Source: an uncultured Bacillota bacterium (GTDB lineage: Bacteria; Sysuimicrobiota; Sysuimicrobiia; Sysuimicrobiales; Segetimicrobiaceae). Taken from it: 64,000 nucleotides of DNA. Both the position numbers and the translations under genes were made by a program. Positions 1 through 9,791 of the stretch are shown here, piece after piece; within the stretch, counting starts at the first letter, position 1; each line of letters begins with the position of its first letter. Location: positions 128,001-192,000 of the forward strand of contig CAWDRG010000002.1 of NCBI GenBank assembly GCA_963804645.1, read 5' to 3'. The notes under the pieces are model-generated. The model saw nothing but the letters and a program-made list of their open reading frames with translations, made no database searches and was not told the DNA's origin.

Positions 1-1
1 G

Positions 2-487
2 CTCGTGCACCAGCTCAACGCGCGGCGGGTGATGATCGATCTGTCGCACCTGAACGAGCGCGGGTTCTGGGATGTGGCGCAGCTCAGCGACGCCCCGCTG
101 GTCGCGACGCACTCCAACGCGCACGCGCTGTGCCCGCACCCCCGGAACCTGACCGACCGGCAGCTCGACGCGATCCGGGATTCAGGCGGCGTCGTGGGCG
201 CCGTGTACGCCTGCGGCTTCCTGCGCGCCGACGGCCGGCGGGATACGAGCACGCCGCTCGAGACCCTCATGGACCACATTGACTACCTGGTGCGGCGGAT
301 GGGACTCGATCACGTGGCGCTCGGCTCGGACTTCGACGGCACGACGGTGCCCGACGAGCTGCGCGACGCCGCCGGGCTGCCTCGGGTCGCGGCCGCGCTC
401 CAGGCGCGCGGCTATCGGGGGGCAGATCTCCAGAAGCTGCTGGCGGGCAACTGGGTCCGCGTCCTACGCGAGACCTGGGGCGCCTGA
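2..487 (+). CDS. Membrane dipeptidase (peptidase M19) family, 5'-truncated by window edge
   Basis: IDLSH, ATHSN, RNLTD and LGSDFDG motifs, ending in GNWVRV. Confidence 0.9.
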   Translation, partial: LVHQLNARRVMIDLSHLNERGFWDVAQLSDAPLVATHSNAHALCPHPRNLTDRQLDAIRDSGGVVGAVYACGFLRADGRRDTSTPLETLMDHIDYLVRRMGLDHVALGSDFDGTTVPDELRDAAGLPRVAAALQARGYRGADLQKLLAGNWVRVLRETWGA

Positions 488-618
488 GCCGACCGCCGGC
501 CACAGGCGCGAATGGGGCCGCGCACTGACCGCGACCCGGGTGCGGCCGGTGCGCGAGGCTGGAGGAATCCGGAGTGGAATCCCCACGACGCGGTGCGCAC
601 GCGTGCGCTGAAGATCAA

Positions 619-2208
619 ATGAAAGGCCAACGCGGAGAGCCCACCGTACACGCAGCACGGTCTGTGAGGACGTGGCTCCGTATCGACGTCGCCCTTGCCG
701 CGCTGGCGTTTCTCGTGCACGCGGGATTCGCGAACCGGTACGATTTCTTCCGCGACGAGCTGTATTTCATTATCTGCGGACGCCATCCTGCGTTCGGGTA
801 CGTCGACCAGCCGCCGCTCGTCCCGTTGATCTCCGCCCTGACGCAGGCCGCCGGCGAGAACCTTGTTCTCCTCCGGCTCGTCCCCGCGCTTGCGGCGGGA
901 GCGACCGTCTTCGTTGCGTGCGCGATTGCTCGGCTGGCAGGTGGCGGCCGCTTCGCCCAGGTCGCGGCCGGGATCCCAACCGGACTCGCGCCGATGTTCC
1001 TCGGACTGTACGCGACGTTCAATACGACCGTCTTTGAGCCACTCGCGTGGACGCTCGTGGTCTACCTGGCCGCTCGTGCGATCGTCAAGGGCGACCACGC
1101 TGCGGTGCTCTGGCTCGGACTCGTCGCTGGCGTCGCGCTTGAAGTCAAGTATTCGATCCTGTTCTACCTTGGCGCCCTGGTCGTCGCGCTCTTGCTTCTC
1201 CCAGAGCGTCGCCTGCTGCGATTGCCGCAGGCGGGGATCGCGGCTGCGATGGCGCTCGCCCTTGCGGCGCCGAGCCTGGTCTGGCAGGCCATGCACGGCT
1301 GGCCGTTCGCCGAACTCCTCGCCGCCGCCCCCGGCAAGAATGTGGCAGTCGCCCCCGTGCCGTTCGTCCTCAATCAAATTGCCGTCATGAATCCGCTCTT
1401 CGCACCGGTGTGGATTGCGGGGGTGGTGTCGGGGTTTGTCGATCGCCGGCTCACGGCGTTTCGGGTCTTTGGCCTTGCGTTTCTGGTCGTCTTCGCCGAG
1501 ATCATCGCGCTGCACGGGAAAGACTACTACCTTGCGGCGGCGTATCCACCGATGTTTGCGCTCGGGAGCGTGGTGGTCGAGGGCGTCGTTCGCCAACGCG
1601 CGCTGCGCGCAGCCTACGTTGGACTAGCCGCCGCGGTGAGCGTCCTCGCGGCGCCGTTTTCGATGCCGATTCTCGATCCTCCGGCGACCGTGCGGTATAT
1701 GACGCGGCTCCATATCACTCTGCAGGGACGGGAGAATAACCTTGCCGCGAGGACGATGACGGTACAGGGCCGAGCCGATCGCAACACGGCAGCGGCCCTT
1801 CCGCAAATTTTCTCCGACCAGCTCGGGTGGCGCACATATGAACAGCAGATCGCGGGCGTGTATCATGCCCTCGGTTCCGAGCAACGCGACCGCGTCCCGA
1901 TCATCACCTCGAACTACGGCGAGGCTGCTGCGCTTGATTTTTACGGAGGGAGGGATGAGCTCCCTCCAGCCCTCAGCGGACACAACGAGTATTTCCTCTG
2001 GGGGACGCATGGATATGACGGGAGCGTCGTTCTGTTTGTCAACGGCAACATCACTCTCTACCGGTCGGCATGCCGCGAGGCGACGGTCGTCGGGACCTTC
2101 GGATCGACGTACGCGATGCCGTACGAGCGGAACGCGCCGATCATACTATGCCTGGGCTTGCGCAGACCGCTCCCACAGGTGTGGCCAAAGTTCAAGCACT
2201 ACGACTGA
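619..2208 (+). CDS. Glycosyltransferase family 39 / ArnT-like integral membrane protein
   Basis: RDELYF...GYVDQPPL motif, many TM segments, C-terminal NYGEA..SGHN.YFLWG; start uncertain (574 or 619). Confidence 0.85.
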   Translation: MKGQRGEPTVHAARSVRTWLRIDVALAALAFLVHAGFANRYDFFRDELYFIICGRHPAFGYVDQPPLVPLISALTQAAGENLVLLRLVPALAAGATVFVACAIARLAGGGRFAQVAAGIPTGLAPMFLGLYATFNTTVFEPLAWTLVVYLAARAIVKGDHAAVLWLGLVAGVALEVKYSILFYLGALVVALLLLPERRLLRLPQAGIAAAMALALAAPSLVWQAMHGWPFAELLAAAPGKNVAVAPVPFVLNQIAVMNPLFAPVWIAGVVSGFVDRRLTAFRVFGLAFLVVFAEIIALHGKDYYLAAAYPPMFALGSVVVEGVVRQRALRAAYVGLAAAVSVLAAPFSMPILDPPATVRYMTRLHITLQGRENNLAARTMTVQGRADRNTAAALPQIFSDQLGWRTYEQQIAGVYHALGSEQRDRVPIITSNYGEAAALDFYGGRDELPPALSGHNEYFLWGTHGYDGSVVLFVNGNITLYRSACREATVVGTFGSTYAMPYERNAPIILCLGLRRPLPQVWPKFKHYD

Positions 2209-2320
2209 CGTTGTCGGTACCCTCCAGGGGGGCGACCGCGCTGACTCGAGGGGAAGCACGCACGGCCCAGGACTTTTTCCTCTTATGGGTCTAACTCCGT
2301 TAAACGCTATCGCGCTTTGT

Positions 2321-2488
2321 TCATGGACGCCTGAGGAATCTCAAGTAGAAAGCTGCAAACACCAAGACAATGCCAATATTCACTGTCAGCCGTTCCCAGA
2401 ATCGGTCTCTGAAGAACACGAAATCTACACCGACGATGACGGCAGCCATCGCCACCACGTAAAGCACGACAGCTACCTGTCTGCCCAT
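2321..2488 (-). CDS. Small two-TM membrane protein
   Basis: MGRQVAVVLYVVAMAAVIVGVDFVFFRDRFWERLTVNIGIVLVFAAFYLRFLRRP; two hydrophobic helices; co-oriented with the ICMT gene. Confidence 0.65.
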   Translation of the reverse strand: MGRQVAVVLYVVAMAAVIVGVDFVFFRDRFWERLTVNIGIVLVFAAFYLRFLRRP

Positions 2489-2833
2489 TTCAGTTCGGAT
2501 ACCCGATTCCACAAACTCATGGCGTGAATCGCGCCGGCGCCGTCGTTAGAAGATCCCCGGTAACAGGTGCCAATGCACTTTGGCACAATATTCCGTATAG
2601 CCGGGCAGATTTTGGGCAAGGAATTCTTCTTCGTCGAAGAGCCGCCAGACGAAACCGAGGATCGTGAGCACGGAGGCGATCAGCCCCCAATAGGAACCGA
2701 GCGCCAACGACGTTCCAATGAAGTACACTGCCGCGCTCGCATACATCGGATTCCGCACGATGGCGTACGGACCAGTGGAGATCACTTTTTGACCATGAAC
2801 GATCTCGACGGTTGCGGAGCCAAAAGAGTTTTC

Positions 2834-4293
2834 GCCTCTACCGGCTTTCGAGTGGGTACAGGTCCAGCCCTCCGCAGTGAAAGTAGATGGCCGTCTTGAA
2901 ATTGTCGACGTTCCGGAAGCCGCGTGCGGTCTTCTTGACCCACTGGATCGTGGCGTTGACGGCCTCGAGCCCGGCATTCGTGATGCGGTGGCGATGGTAG
3001 GTCAGCACGTTCGGTAGGTGCCTGCGGATCAGCCACGCGACCTGCGCCATAGGCTTGAGCCGGCTGTGCGTGGCGCGCCAGAACCAGCGCGCGAAGAACG
3101 TCTCCGCGGACCGGCGGTAACTGTACTCCCAGAAATGTCGGAAGCGCTCCTTGAGTGCCCAGGCGCGTCCCACTTTCAGGTCATCGCCGAGCAAGAGCCG
3201 GAAGGTGCGCCGCTGTTCGGGCTTGAGCTCGCTCGGCCGGCGTAGCCAAAGGTATTTCGTCCCCGTCAACCGACGATCGGAGGAGCGGGACAACTCCCGG
3301 TGTTCGGTCCGCCGCACCTTGTCCACGGCCGTGTGGAGATGCTTCACGACATGGAACTTATCAAACACAATCTTGTCCACCCCGTCGGGCACGTGACTGG
3401 TGACCGAGTGTATGTAGGGCTCCCACATGTCCATCGCGACGGCGGCGATGCTCTCGCGCTGGGCCGGCGTGCAGGTGGGCCAGAAGGCGTCGAGGCTTTC
3501 CGCTTTGCGATCCTCGTTGACGAACAGCACCCGGTGGCGTTGCAGGTCCGCCACCACGGTCAAGTACCGGTGGCCTTTGGTGATTGCCTTCTCGTCCACG
3601 CCGACGTACGGGATCGGTTCCGCTGTCCGGCGCGCCAGCCCGCGCTTCACCGCCCGGCTCTTAATCCCCCACGCTTCATCCCAGGTGATCCGGAGTAGGG
3701 CCGCCGCGCCGGTGACCGAGCATTCCCGCAGAAAGTCGATCGCCAACCGCTCAAACAACTGCGTGAACTGGCTGCCCGGCTCGGCCCACGGGATGGTGAT
3801 CTGCTTGATCCCGTGCTGAGCGCACTGCACCCGCGGGACATCGGCTTCAATCCACGTGCGCAGCTGGAGCGTGTCCAGATGCCGCCACCGCCGCGGACGG
3901 CGATCATAGCCCGGCGACGGCGTCTGACATTCCGGACACGGAAACGGGCCCGGGCCCGCCTCGACTTTCACCGTCACTTGCTCGCCGGGGATATCCACCT
4001 CCACCCCGACCACCTTCCACGGTGGCGTGAGCCCCAGGATCGTAGCGTATAACTCGACATCGCGCACCAGACCAGCCTCCTCACGAAGCGTTCCCGCCCC
4101 GCGGGTCAGATTGCGCCTGCCGACCATAGTGGCAGGGGTGCACCCGCCCCCGACGGCGGTCAAGAAGCGCGCAGCGCGCCGAAGGCCATGTTCTTGACGG
4201 CCGGCGGGGGTAGGTGTCTGGCTTTGAGCTGGTCGGCAGGCGTTGGTTTCTACTGGTCTACGCTATTTCACCCACACAACTTCCCGAAGAGCC
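2834..4293 (-). mobile_element. ISL3-family insertion sequence, 1460 bp
   Basis: 8-bp direct repeat GAGTTTTC at 2826-2833 and 4294-4301; imperfect 24-bp terminal IRs GCCTCTACCGGCTTTCGAGTGGGT / GGCTCTTCGGGAAGTTGTGTGGGT (16/24). Confidence 0.93.
2838..4067 (-). CDS. ISL3-family transposase
   Basis: Zn-finger CPEC...WRHLD...C..HG, GVDE, AMDMW, FDKFHV and TNAGLEAVN motifs; GTG start with GAGGAGG RBS. Confidence 0.93.
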   Translation of the reverse strand: MRDVELYATILGLTPPWKVVGVEVDIPGEQVTVKVEAGPGPFPCPECQTPSPGYDRRPRRWRHLDTLQLRTWIEADVPRVQCAQHGIKQITIPWAEPGSQFTQLFERLAIDFLRECSVTGAAALLRITWDEAWGIKSRAVKRGLARRTAEPIPYVGVDEKAITKGHRYLTVVADLQRHRVLFVNEDRKAESLDAFWPTCTPAQRESIAAVAMDMWEPYIHSVTSHVPDGVDKIVFDKFHVVKHLHTAVDKVRRTEHRELSRSSDRRLTGTKYLWLRRPSELKPEQRRTFRLLLGDDLKVGRAWALKERFRHFWEYSYRRSAETFFARWFWRATHSRLKPMAQVAWLIRRHLPNVLTYHRHRITNAGLEAVNATIQWVKKTARGFRNVDNFKTAIYFHCGGLDLYPLESR

Positions 4294-4740
4294 GAGTTTT
4301 CTTTGAACACCCGGAATACCATCCACATTCCGACTATTACTAAAAGGTCGCCCGCTATGGAAAGCCAAATTGGCACATTCGACCAGCCAAAACGGCGATC
4401 AAGCGCGGGAACGATGAACGTGGCGATGGCCGGGATTCCCGCGCACAACACGATGATCTTTTGGATGGTCCGTTTCTCCGCCGCCGGCCCGTACCTAGTC
4501 CTGTTTTCAAGAAGGGTCGGGTTTTGTGTTGTGGAGAGCGTGAGAAGAACGCTTGATACGGCACCCACCCCGAGAAAGATCCACGCCTGCCAATAATCGA
4601 AAGTCCCCGCCGCAAGGAACAGCGCGAATCCCATAAGAACAAAAGTCACGACAAGCCCGCCCCACGTTTTTGCCTTGGGACTCTTCATGATCCAATAATC
4701 CTACACCACCTGCCATGTTGATACTATCCGAGATCTCCGT

Positions 4741-5913
4741 TTAGCCGACGCGATCCTCGAGCACGTCCCGGAGCACCGGGAGCCATCGCGCGCGCAGTTC
4801 CGGCGTGCTCAGGGCGAGGTGCCCCAGCGGGTGGTCGTACTCGTGGAGCTCGCTGTCGACCCCCGCGTCGCGCAGCGCCGCGTGCGCCTCGCGCGCGCCG
4901 ACGACCGGCACCAACAGATCGGACCGGCAGTGAAAGAACCGGACGCGCGCGCGGACGAGCCGGGCGGCCGCCTCGAGCGACCCGTGCCCGCGCGTCACGT
5001 CGTGCAGCGCGATTGCGCGGATGTTATAGAGGTACGCGTTCGGGTCGATCCCGCTGGCGGCGAACTCCTCGCCGCCCTGGCGCAGGGCCGCGGCACTCGC
5101 GAACCGGCCGTCGAGCACAGCGTAGGGGCTGCGCGCCGGGTCGGCCACCGCCCGGTTGAACGCGGCCGTGTACGCGTCCTGGCTCGTCGCGTACAGCCGA
5201 AGGATCATGCCCGCGATCGTCATGCCGGCGGTGGGAAACACCCCATCCTCCGCGTACCGGCCGCCCCGCCAGTTGGGGTCTGAGCGGATCGCCAGCGCCC
5301 GCGCCTCGGTGGTGGCCACCAGCAGATCGGGCGACCGGAAGTTGCCGCGGTCGATGACGATCCGGTCCGCGACGTCGGGGAGCGTCACGGCCCACTCCGC
5401 GGCCTGGAATCCACCCATCGAGACGCCGTACACCATCGCGAGGTGCCGGACCCCGAGGTGCCGGAGCAGGGCGTGGTCAGCGTGCACCATGTCGCGCAGC
5501 GTCGTGACGGGAAAGTCGAGCCCGTGCCGCGCTCCGGTGCGCGGGTCGATCTCATTGGGCCCGTCGGAGCCGTAGCTGCCGCACAGGCGGTTCGGGGCCA
5601 CGACGAAGTACCGGTCAGTGTCGAAGACCTTGCCCGGGCCGATCAGCGGGTCGAACGAGCCGGGTTCGGGATCGTCGGCGCGGTGCCGCCCCGCCGCGTG
5701 GGCGCTGCCGGTCGACCCGTGCAGCACGAGAATGGCGTTGCGGCCGTCCGGCGCCAGGCGGCCGTACGTCTCGAACGCGACGCGCAGGGACGGCAGGCGC
5801 GCCCCATTCTCGAACATCACCCCGTCCGTCGCCACCCGTGCGACTTGTGTCGTGACGATCCCGACGTTTGCGGCGTGCGGCACCTCGGATGTCCGCGGCC
5901 TCCACGAGGCCAT
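4741..5913 (-). CDS. Alpha/beta hydrolase, homoserine O-acetyltransferase (MetX)-like
   Basis: AFETYGRL...NAILVLHG, IGPGK.FDTDRYFVV, nucleophile GVSMGG, RSDLL, LGH. Confidence 0.85.
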   Translation of the reverse strand: MASWRPRTSEVPHAANVGIVTTQVARVATDGVMFENGARLPSLRVAFETYGRLAPDGRNAILVLHGSTGSAHAAGRHRADDPEPGSFDPLIGPGKVFDTDRYFVVAPNRLCGSYGSDGPNEIDPRTGARHGLDFPVTTLRDMVHADHALLRHLGVRHLAMVYGVSMGGFQAAEWAVTLPDVADRIVIDRGNFRSPDLLVATTEARALAIRSDPNWRGGRYAEDGVFPTAGMTIAGMILRLYATSQDAYTAAFNRAVADPARSPYAVLDGRFASAAALRQGGEEFAASGIDPNAYLYNIRAIALHDVTRGHGSLEAAARLVRARVRFFHCRSDLLVPVVGAREAHAALRDAGVDSELHEYDHPLGHLALSTPELRARWLPVLRDVLEDRVG

Positions 5914-5933
5914 AGGTCACCTCCCGATCGAGT

Positions 5934-6830
5934 CTACAGCTGCATCTTGGGATCGAACGCGTCCCGGATCCCGTCCCCAACGAGATTGAACGCCAGCACC
6001 GCCAGCAGCACGAAGACGCCGGGAAACAGCGAGATCCACCACCCCGAGAGCAGATAGTCACGTCCGTCGGCGATGATGGTGCCCCACGATGGTGTCGGCG
6101 GCTGCACGCCCAGCCCCAAGTACGACAGGCTGGCTTCTGCGAGGATCGCCAATCCGACCCGCAGGGTGACGGAGATCACGACGACGGCCACGACGTTCGG
6201 CAGCAGGTGCCGGACCATGATGCGGAGGTTTGAGGCGCCGAGCGCCCGCGTCGCCACGACGAACTCGCGCTGCCGCAACCGCAGGAACTCCGCGCGCACG
6301 AGCCGCGCCGACGGCGGCCACGAGGTCGCCGCCAGCACCCCCACCAGCGCGGGGATGCTGGGCCCGAAGACGGCCAGCACCATGACCGCGATGAAGAACA
6401 CCGGAAACGCGAGCACGACGTCGGTCGCGCGCATGATCGCGACGTCCACCCACCCGCCGAAGAACCCCGAGAGCCCCCCGAGGAGCAGGCCGAATGCGAC
6501 CGCGGCGGACGCGGACACCACGCCGATCAGGAGCGATGTGCGCGACGCCCAGATGACCCGGCTCAGCACGTCGCGCCCGAGGTGGTCCGTCCCGAGGAGA
6601 TGCGCCGCGCTCGGCGCCGCGAGGCGGTTCAGGAAGTCGGCGTGATCCGGGGCCGCGGGCGCGACGAGCGGCGCCAGCACGGCCACCACGCCGAGGATAA
6701 GCAGGACGCCCGCCCCGACGACGCCCCGCGGATTTCGCGCCAGGCGGTCGAGGGGATGCGCGCGCCGCCGCGCGCGGGCCCGGGACGGACGCGCGGGATG
6801 GCGGGCGGCGGGTGCGGTGTCCGCGGTCAT
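5934..6830 (-). CDS. Peptide/nickel ABC transporter permease (DppC/OppC-like)
   Basis: HLLGTDHLGRD, EFV.A.RALGAS, LSYLGLG.QPP.PSWG. Confidence 0.93.
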   Translation of the reverse strand: MTADTAPAARHPARPSRARARRRAHPLDRLARNPRGVVGAGVLLILGVVAVLAPLVAPAAPDHADFLNRLAAPSAAHLLGTDHLGRDVLSRVIWASRTSLLIGVVSASAAVAFGLLLGGLSGFFGGWVDVAIMRATDVVLAFPVFFIAVMVLAVFGPSIPALVGVLAATSWPPSARLVRAEFLRLRQREFVVATRALGASNLRIMVRHLLPNVVAVVVISVTLRVGLAILAEASLSYLGLGVQPPTPSWGTIIADGRDYLLSGWWISLFPGVFVLLAVLAFNLVGDGIRDAFDPKMQL

Positions 6831-6842
6831 CGTTGGGCGGGC

Positions 6843-7796
6843 TCAGTCAAACCGGATGCGCGGATCGAGCAGGGCGTACGACACATCGGTCGCCAGGTTG
6901 GTCAACAGGACGAGGATGGCGCCCACGACCGTGGTCGTCATGACCACGGGGTAGTCCCGCCCGAGCGCCCCGGCGACGGCCAGCCGCCCCAGGCCGGGGA
7001 TCGCGAAGATCGTCTCCACGACGAGCGCGCCGCTCAGGAGATTGGGGATCAGCAGCCCGACGACGGTCACGACGGGAATCATCGAGTTCCGGAAGACGTG
7101 CCGCCCGAGAATCCGTCCGGCCGTCAGCCCTTTCGCGCGCGCGACCAGCACGTGCTCCTCGTGCAGCGTCTCGAGCAGGGCCGAGCGCGCGTACCGGACC
7201 AGGAGCGGCAGGATTGAGAGGCAGAGCACGACCGTTGGCATCACGAGATACGGCCAGATCAGGCCCGGCGCGTACCCGGCCGCGCCGGCCGGGCGGAGCC
7301 CGCTGGCGGGGAGCCACGCGAGACGGTCGGTGAGCAGGAAGATGAGGACGAGCGCGACCCAGAAGCTCGGCAGCGCGATCCCGAACAGCGAGAGCGTCGT
7401 GACGGCGTGGTCCAGCGGCGTGTAGGGGCGCAGGGCCGAGACGAGCGCGATCGGGACGGACAGCGCGACGGCCAGGACCAGCGCGAGGCCGGCGAGGAGC
7501 CCGGTCGGGCCGAGCGCCTCGGCGGTCATCGCGAGGGTCGGACGGCGCTCCTGAAACGACCGCAGGCGCCCGGTCACGAGGTTGAGCATCATGACGCCGT
7601 ACTGGACCGGGAGCGGTCGGTTGAGTCCGAGTTGCGCGCGCAGCGCGCCGACGTCCGCGTTCGCCTGCTGTTCCGGGGCGATCAGGAGTGCCGCCGGATC
7701 GCCCGGCGCCGCCACCAGCACGGCGAACGTGAGCACCGTGACCCCGATGAGAATCGGGATCGCGTGCAGCAGGCGGCGACCGATGTACGACCCCAT
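6843..7796 (-). CDS. Peptide/nickel ABC transporter permease (DppB/OppB-like)
   Basis: PGDPA, ARAKGL...HVFRNS, VETIFAIPGLG, LDPRIR. Confidence 0.93.
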   Translation of the reverse strand: MGSYIGRRLLHAIPILIGVTVLTFAVLVAAPGDPAALLIAPEQQANADVGALRAQLGLNRPLPVQYGVMMLNLVTGRLRSFQERRPTLAMTAEALGPTGLLAGLALVLAVALSVPIALVSALRPYTPLDHAVTTLSLFGIALPSFWVALVLIFLLTDRLAWLPASGLRPAGAAGYAPGLIWPYLVMPTVVLCLSILPLLVRYARSALLETLHEEHVLVARAKGLTAGRILGRHVFRNSMIPVVTVVGLLIPNLLSGALVVETIFAIPGLGRLAVAGALGRDYPVVMTTTVVGAILVLLTNLATDVSYALLDPRIRFD

Positions 7797-7815
7797 CGCG
7801 GGGGTCCGCCCTGCC

Positions 7816-9546
7816 CTACGTCACCTTCCACTGGGAGACCGAGTCGTACAGCTGCGCGAGCTCGTGGACCGGGGGCATCGTGACGCGCCGGCGCACCGCC
7901 CACAGCTCGTCCGGCCGGAACAGGACCGCCCAGGCGACGTCGTTCTGCAGCACCTCCTGGAGGCGGAAGTAGATCGTCTTGAGCGCGCCCGCGTCGACGG
8001 CGCCGGCGGCCTGGCCGAGCAGCGCATCGACCTCCGGGTTCTGGTACTGCAGGCAGCGCGCCCACGACGACGTGCTGAGAAAGGCGCCCTCCAGTGACGC
8101 CTGCAGCGGCTCGATCGGCGGCAGTACGTAGAGCGACAGCCCGACCATCTCGATGTTCGCGGCGTTGGCGGGCTGCCAGTAGCGTCCGAAGAAATCGCCC
8201 CGCTCCAGCGGCTGCAGCGTGAGCGCGACCCCCACCTGCTGGAGGTACTGCTGCACGACGAGCGCGACGTCCTGGTATCGCTTCTCCGACAGGAAGTCGT
8301 AGCGCACCCGGAACGGGACGCCGTCTTTCTGCAAGACGCCGCCCGGGCCGGGCACGCACCCCGCCTCGCGCAAAAGTGTCTGGGCCTGGGTCGGGTTATA
8401 CGGGTAGCCTGGCAGCGACGTGTCGTACAGCGGGGAGCTCGGCGGGATGATGCTGTTGACGACGCGTCCGTAGCCCTTGGCGAGGGCGCGCACCATCGTG
8501 TCCCGGTCGACCGCCATCGCGAGCGCCTGACGCACCCGCACGTCCCTGAACAGCGGATGCTGGTGATTGAACGAAAACCAGTAGCAGTACTCCGCGGTCA
8601 TCTGGAGCGCGCGCACGCGGGGATCCTGCTGAAACGACGGGAAGTCGTCGGGCAGAATTGACGCGGCGTCGACGTTGCCCGCCCGCAGCTCCGCCTCGAG
8701 CGTGGACGGCTCCGGGATCCAGCGCACGACGGCGCGCTGGACCGTCGGGGCCCCGCGCCAGTAGCCGTCGAACGCCTCGAACGTCATGCTGTCGTTCTGC
8801 TTCCAGTCGGCGAGGCGATACGGCCCGGCCCCGATCGGCGCCCGCGCGTACGGCTGCTCCGTGATCCGGCTCATGTCGACGCCGGTCCACCCGTGCCGCG
8901 GCATGATGAAGTGATCGGATCCGAGGATGCTCTCCACAAAGAACGCGTAGTGTCGGTCGAGGGTGAACCGCACGGTTTTCGCATCGACGACCACGATGCC
9001 GCTGACGTCCTTGGTCTTCCCCTGCTTGTACGCCTGCGCGCCCTGGATCTGCAGCAGGTCCTCGTCGAGCAGCGGGTACTGCGGGTGCAGAAAGAACTCG
9101 TAGCTGAATTTCACGTCGTCCGCCGTCACCGGCTGGCCGTCTTGGAACCTGGCGCTTCGGAGCGACACGGTGTACGTCAGGCCGTCGCCGGACCGGACCC
9201 ACCGCTCGGCGAGCCTGGGGACGGGTTTTCCGGTGTTCCAATCCGGCCTGACGAGGACGTCGTGCACCAGCAGCAGCACGTAGAACGCGGTCACCTCGGT
9301 GGACCCGACGAGGCGTGTCGGCAAACCGAAGAGCGTCAGCACGACGGGACCGCCCGGCGTGGGCGCTGCGGCGGCGCCGAACGCCGCGGTGCCGAACCGA
9401 CGCGCCCATCCCTCCGCGAGCGACAGGGCGGCCGCGGTCGCCCCGGCCGCAAGGCCCGACCGCAGCAGGCGGCGCCGCGTCAGCGTGGGTCCGTGGGCGT
9501 TCGAGCCGATCGGGTCGACGGTCACCGCCGGGGTCTGTGTCTTCAT
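7816..9546 (-). CDS. Family 5 ABC substrate-binding protein with Tat signal
   Basis: TRRRLL twin-arginine motif; PRLAERW..S.DG..YT..LR...F.DG.PVTADDVKFS; PIGAGPY; GGAGG RBS before ATG 9546. Confidence 0.9.
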   Translation of the reverse strand: MKTQTPAVTVDPIGSNAHGPTLTRRRLLRSGLAAGATAAALSLAEGWARRFGTAAFGAAAAPTPGGPVVLTLFGLPTRLVGSTEVTAFYVLLLVHDVLVRPDWNTGKPVPRLAERWVRSGDGLTYTVSLRSARFQDGQPVTADDVKFSYEFFLHPQYPLLDEDLLQIQGAQAYKQGKTKDVSGIVVVDAKTVRFTLDRHYAFFVESILGSDHFIMPRHGWTGVDMSRITEQPYARAPIGAGPYRLADWKQNDSMTFEAFDGYWRGAPTVQRAVVRWIPEPSTLEAELRAGNVDAASILPDDFPSFQQDPRVRALQMTAEYCYWFSFNHQHPLFRDVRVRQALAMAVDRDTMVRALAKGYGRVVNSIIPPSSPLYDTSLPGYPYNPTQAQTLLREAGCVPGPGGVLQKDGVPFRVRYDFLSEKRYQDVALVVQQYLQQVGVALTLQPLERGDFFGRYWQPANAANIEMVGLSLYVLPPIEPLQASLEGAFLSTSSWARCLQYQNPEVDALLGQAAGAVDAGALKTIYFRLQEVLQNDVAWAVLFRPDELWAVRRRVTMPPVHELAQLYDSVSQWKVT

Positions 9547-9727
9547 CGCCTCCGCCTCCATCTGGTCTGTATCGTGTGCCTGGTTCGGCCCGCGGCGTCG
9601 AGACGTGCGGGCACCGCTCACGATCGTCGTGGGACCCCGCCCGCGTACGCTCGGTCGCGGGGGCGGGACGCTCCTCTTTGTGGTTGGAACGGCGGGTGAA
9701 ACGGGACGCGGAGGATGGGCCCCTCCG

Positions 9728-9781
9728 CTAGGGACAGATGCACTCTCGGGGACGCTGGGTGGATGAGCCTGCGGTGATCAT
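9728..9781 (-). CDS. Putative near-leaderless leader peptide MITAGSSTQRPRECICP
   Basis: ATG 10 nt after the -10 box; two Cys codons near the end; stop codon overlaps a 7-bp hairpin. Confidence 0.35.
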   Translation of the reverse strand: MITAGSSTQRPRECICP

Positions 9782-9791
9782 CGTAGTCGCG

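Larger units (their letters stand above)
2546..4688 (-). pseudogene. Isoprenylcysteine carboxyl methyltransferase (ICMT/PEMT) family gene interrupted by ISL3
   Basis: N-part (4688-4294) ends VFKENS; C-part (2833-2546) starts ENSFGSATVEI...GPYAIVRNPMY...EEEFL..LPGY..Y. Removing the IS and one TSD copy restores one frame. Confidence 0.92.

Noticed and set aside
2546..2977. 143-aa ORF as an independent gene
   Set aside because: Chimera of ISL3 end sequence and the ICMT C-terminal half
9547..9790. SAM riboswitch or T-box in the ABC/MetX-like leader
   Set aside because: SAM-I core (ATC.AGAG...GCAACC...GTGC) and T-box (GGTGG.ACCGCG) motifs are absent
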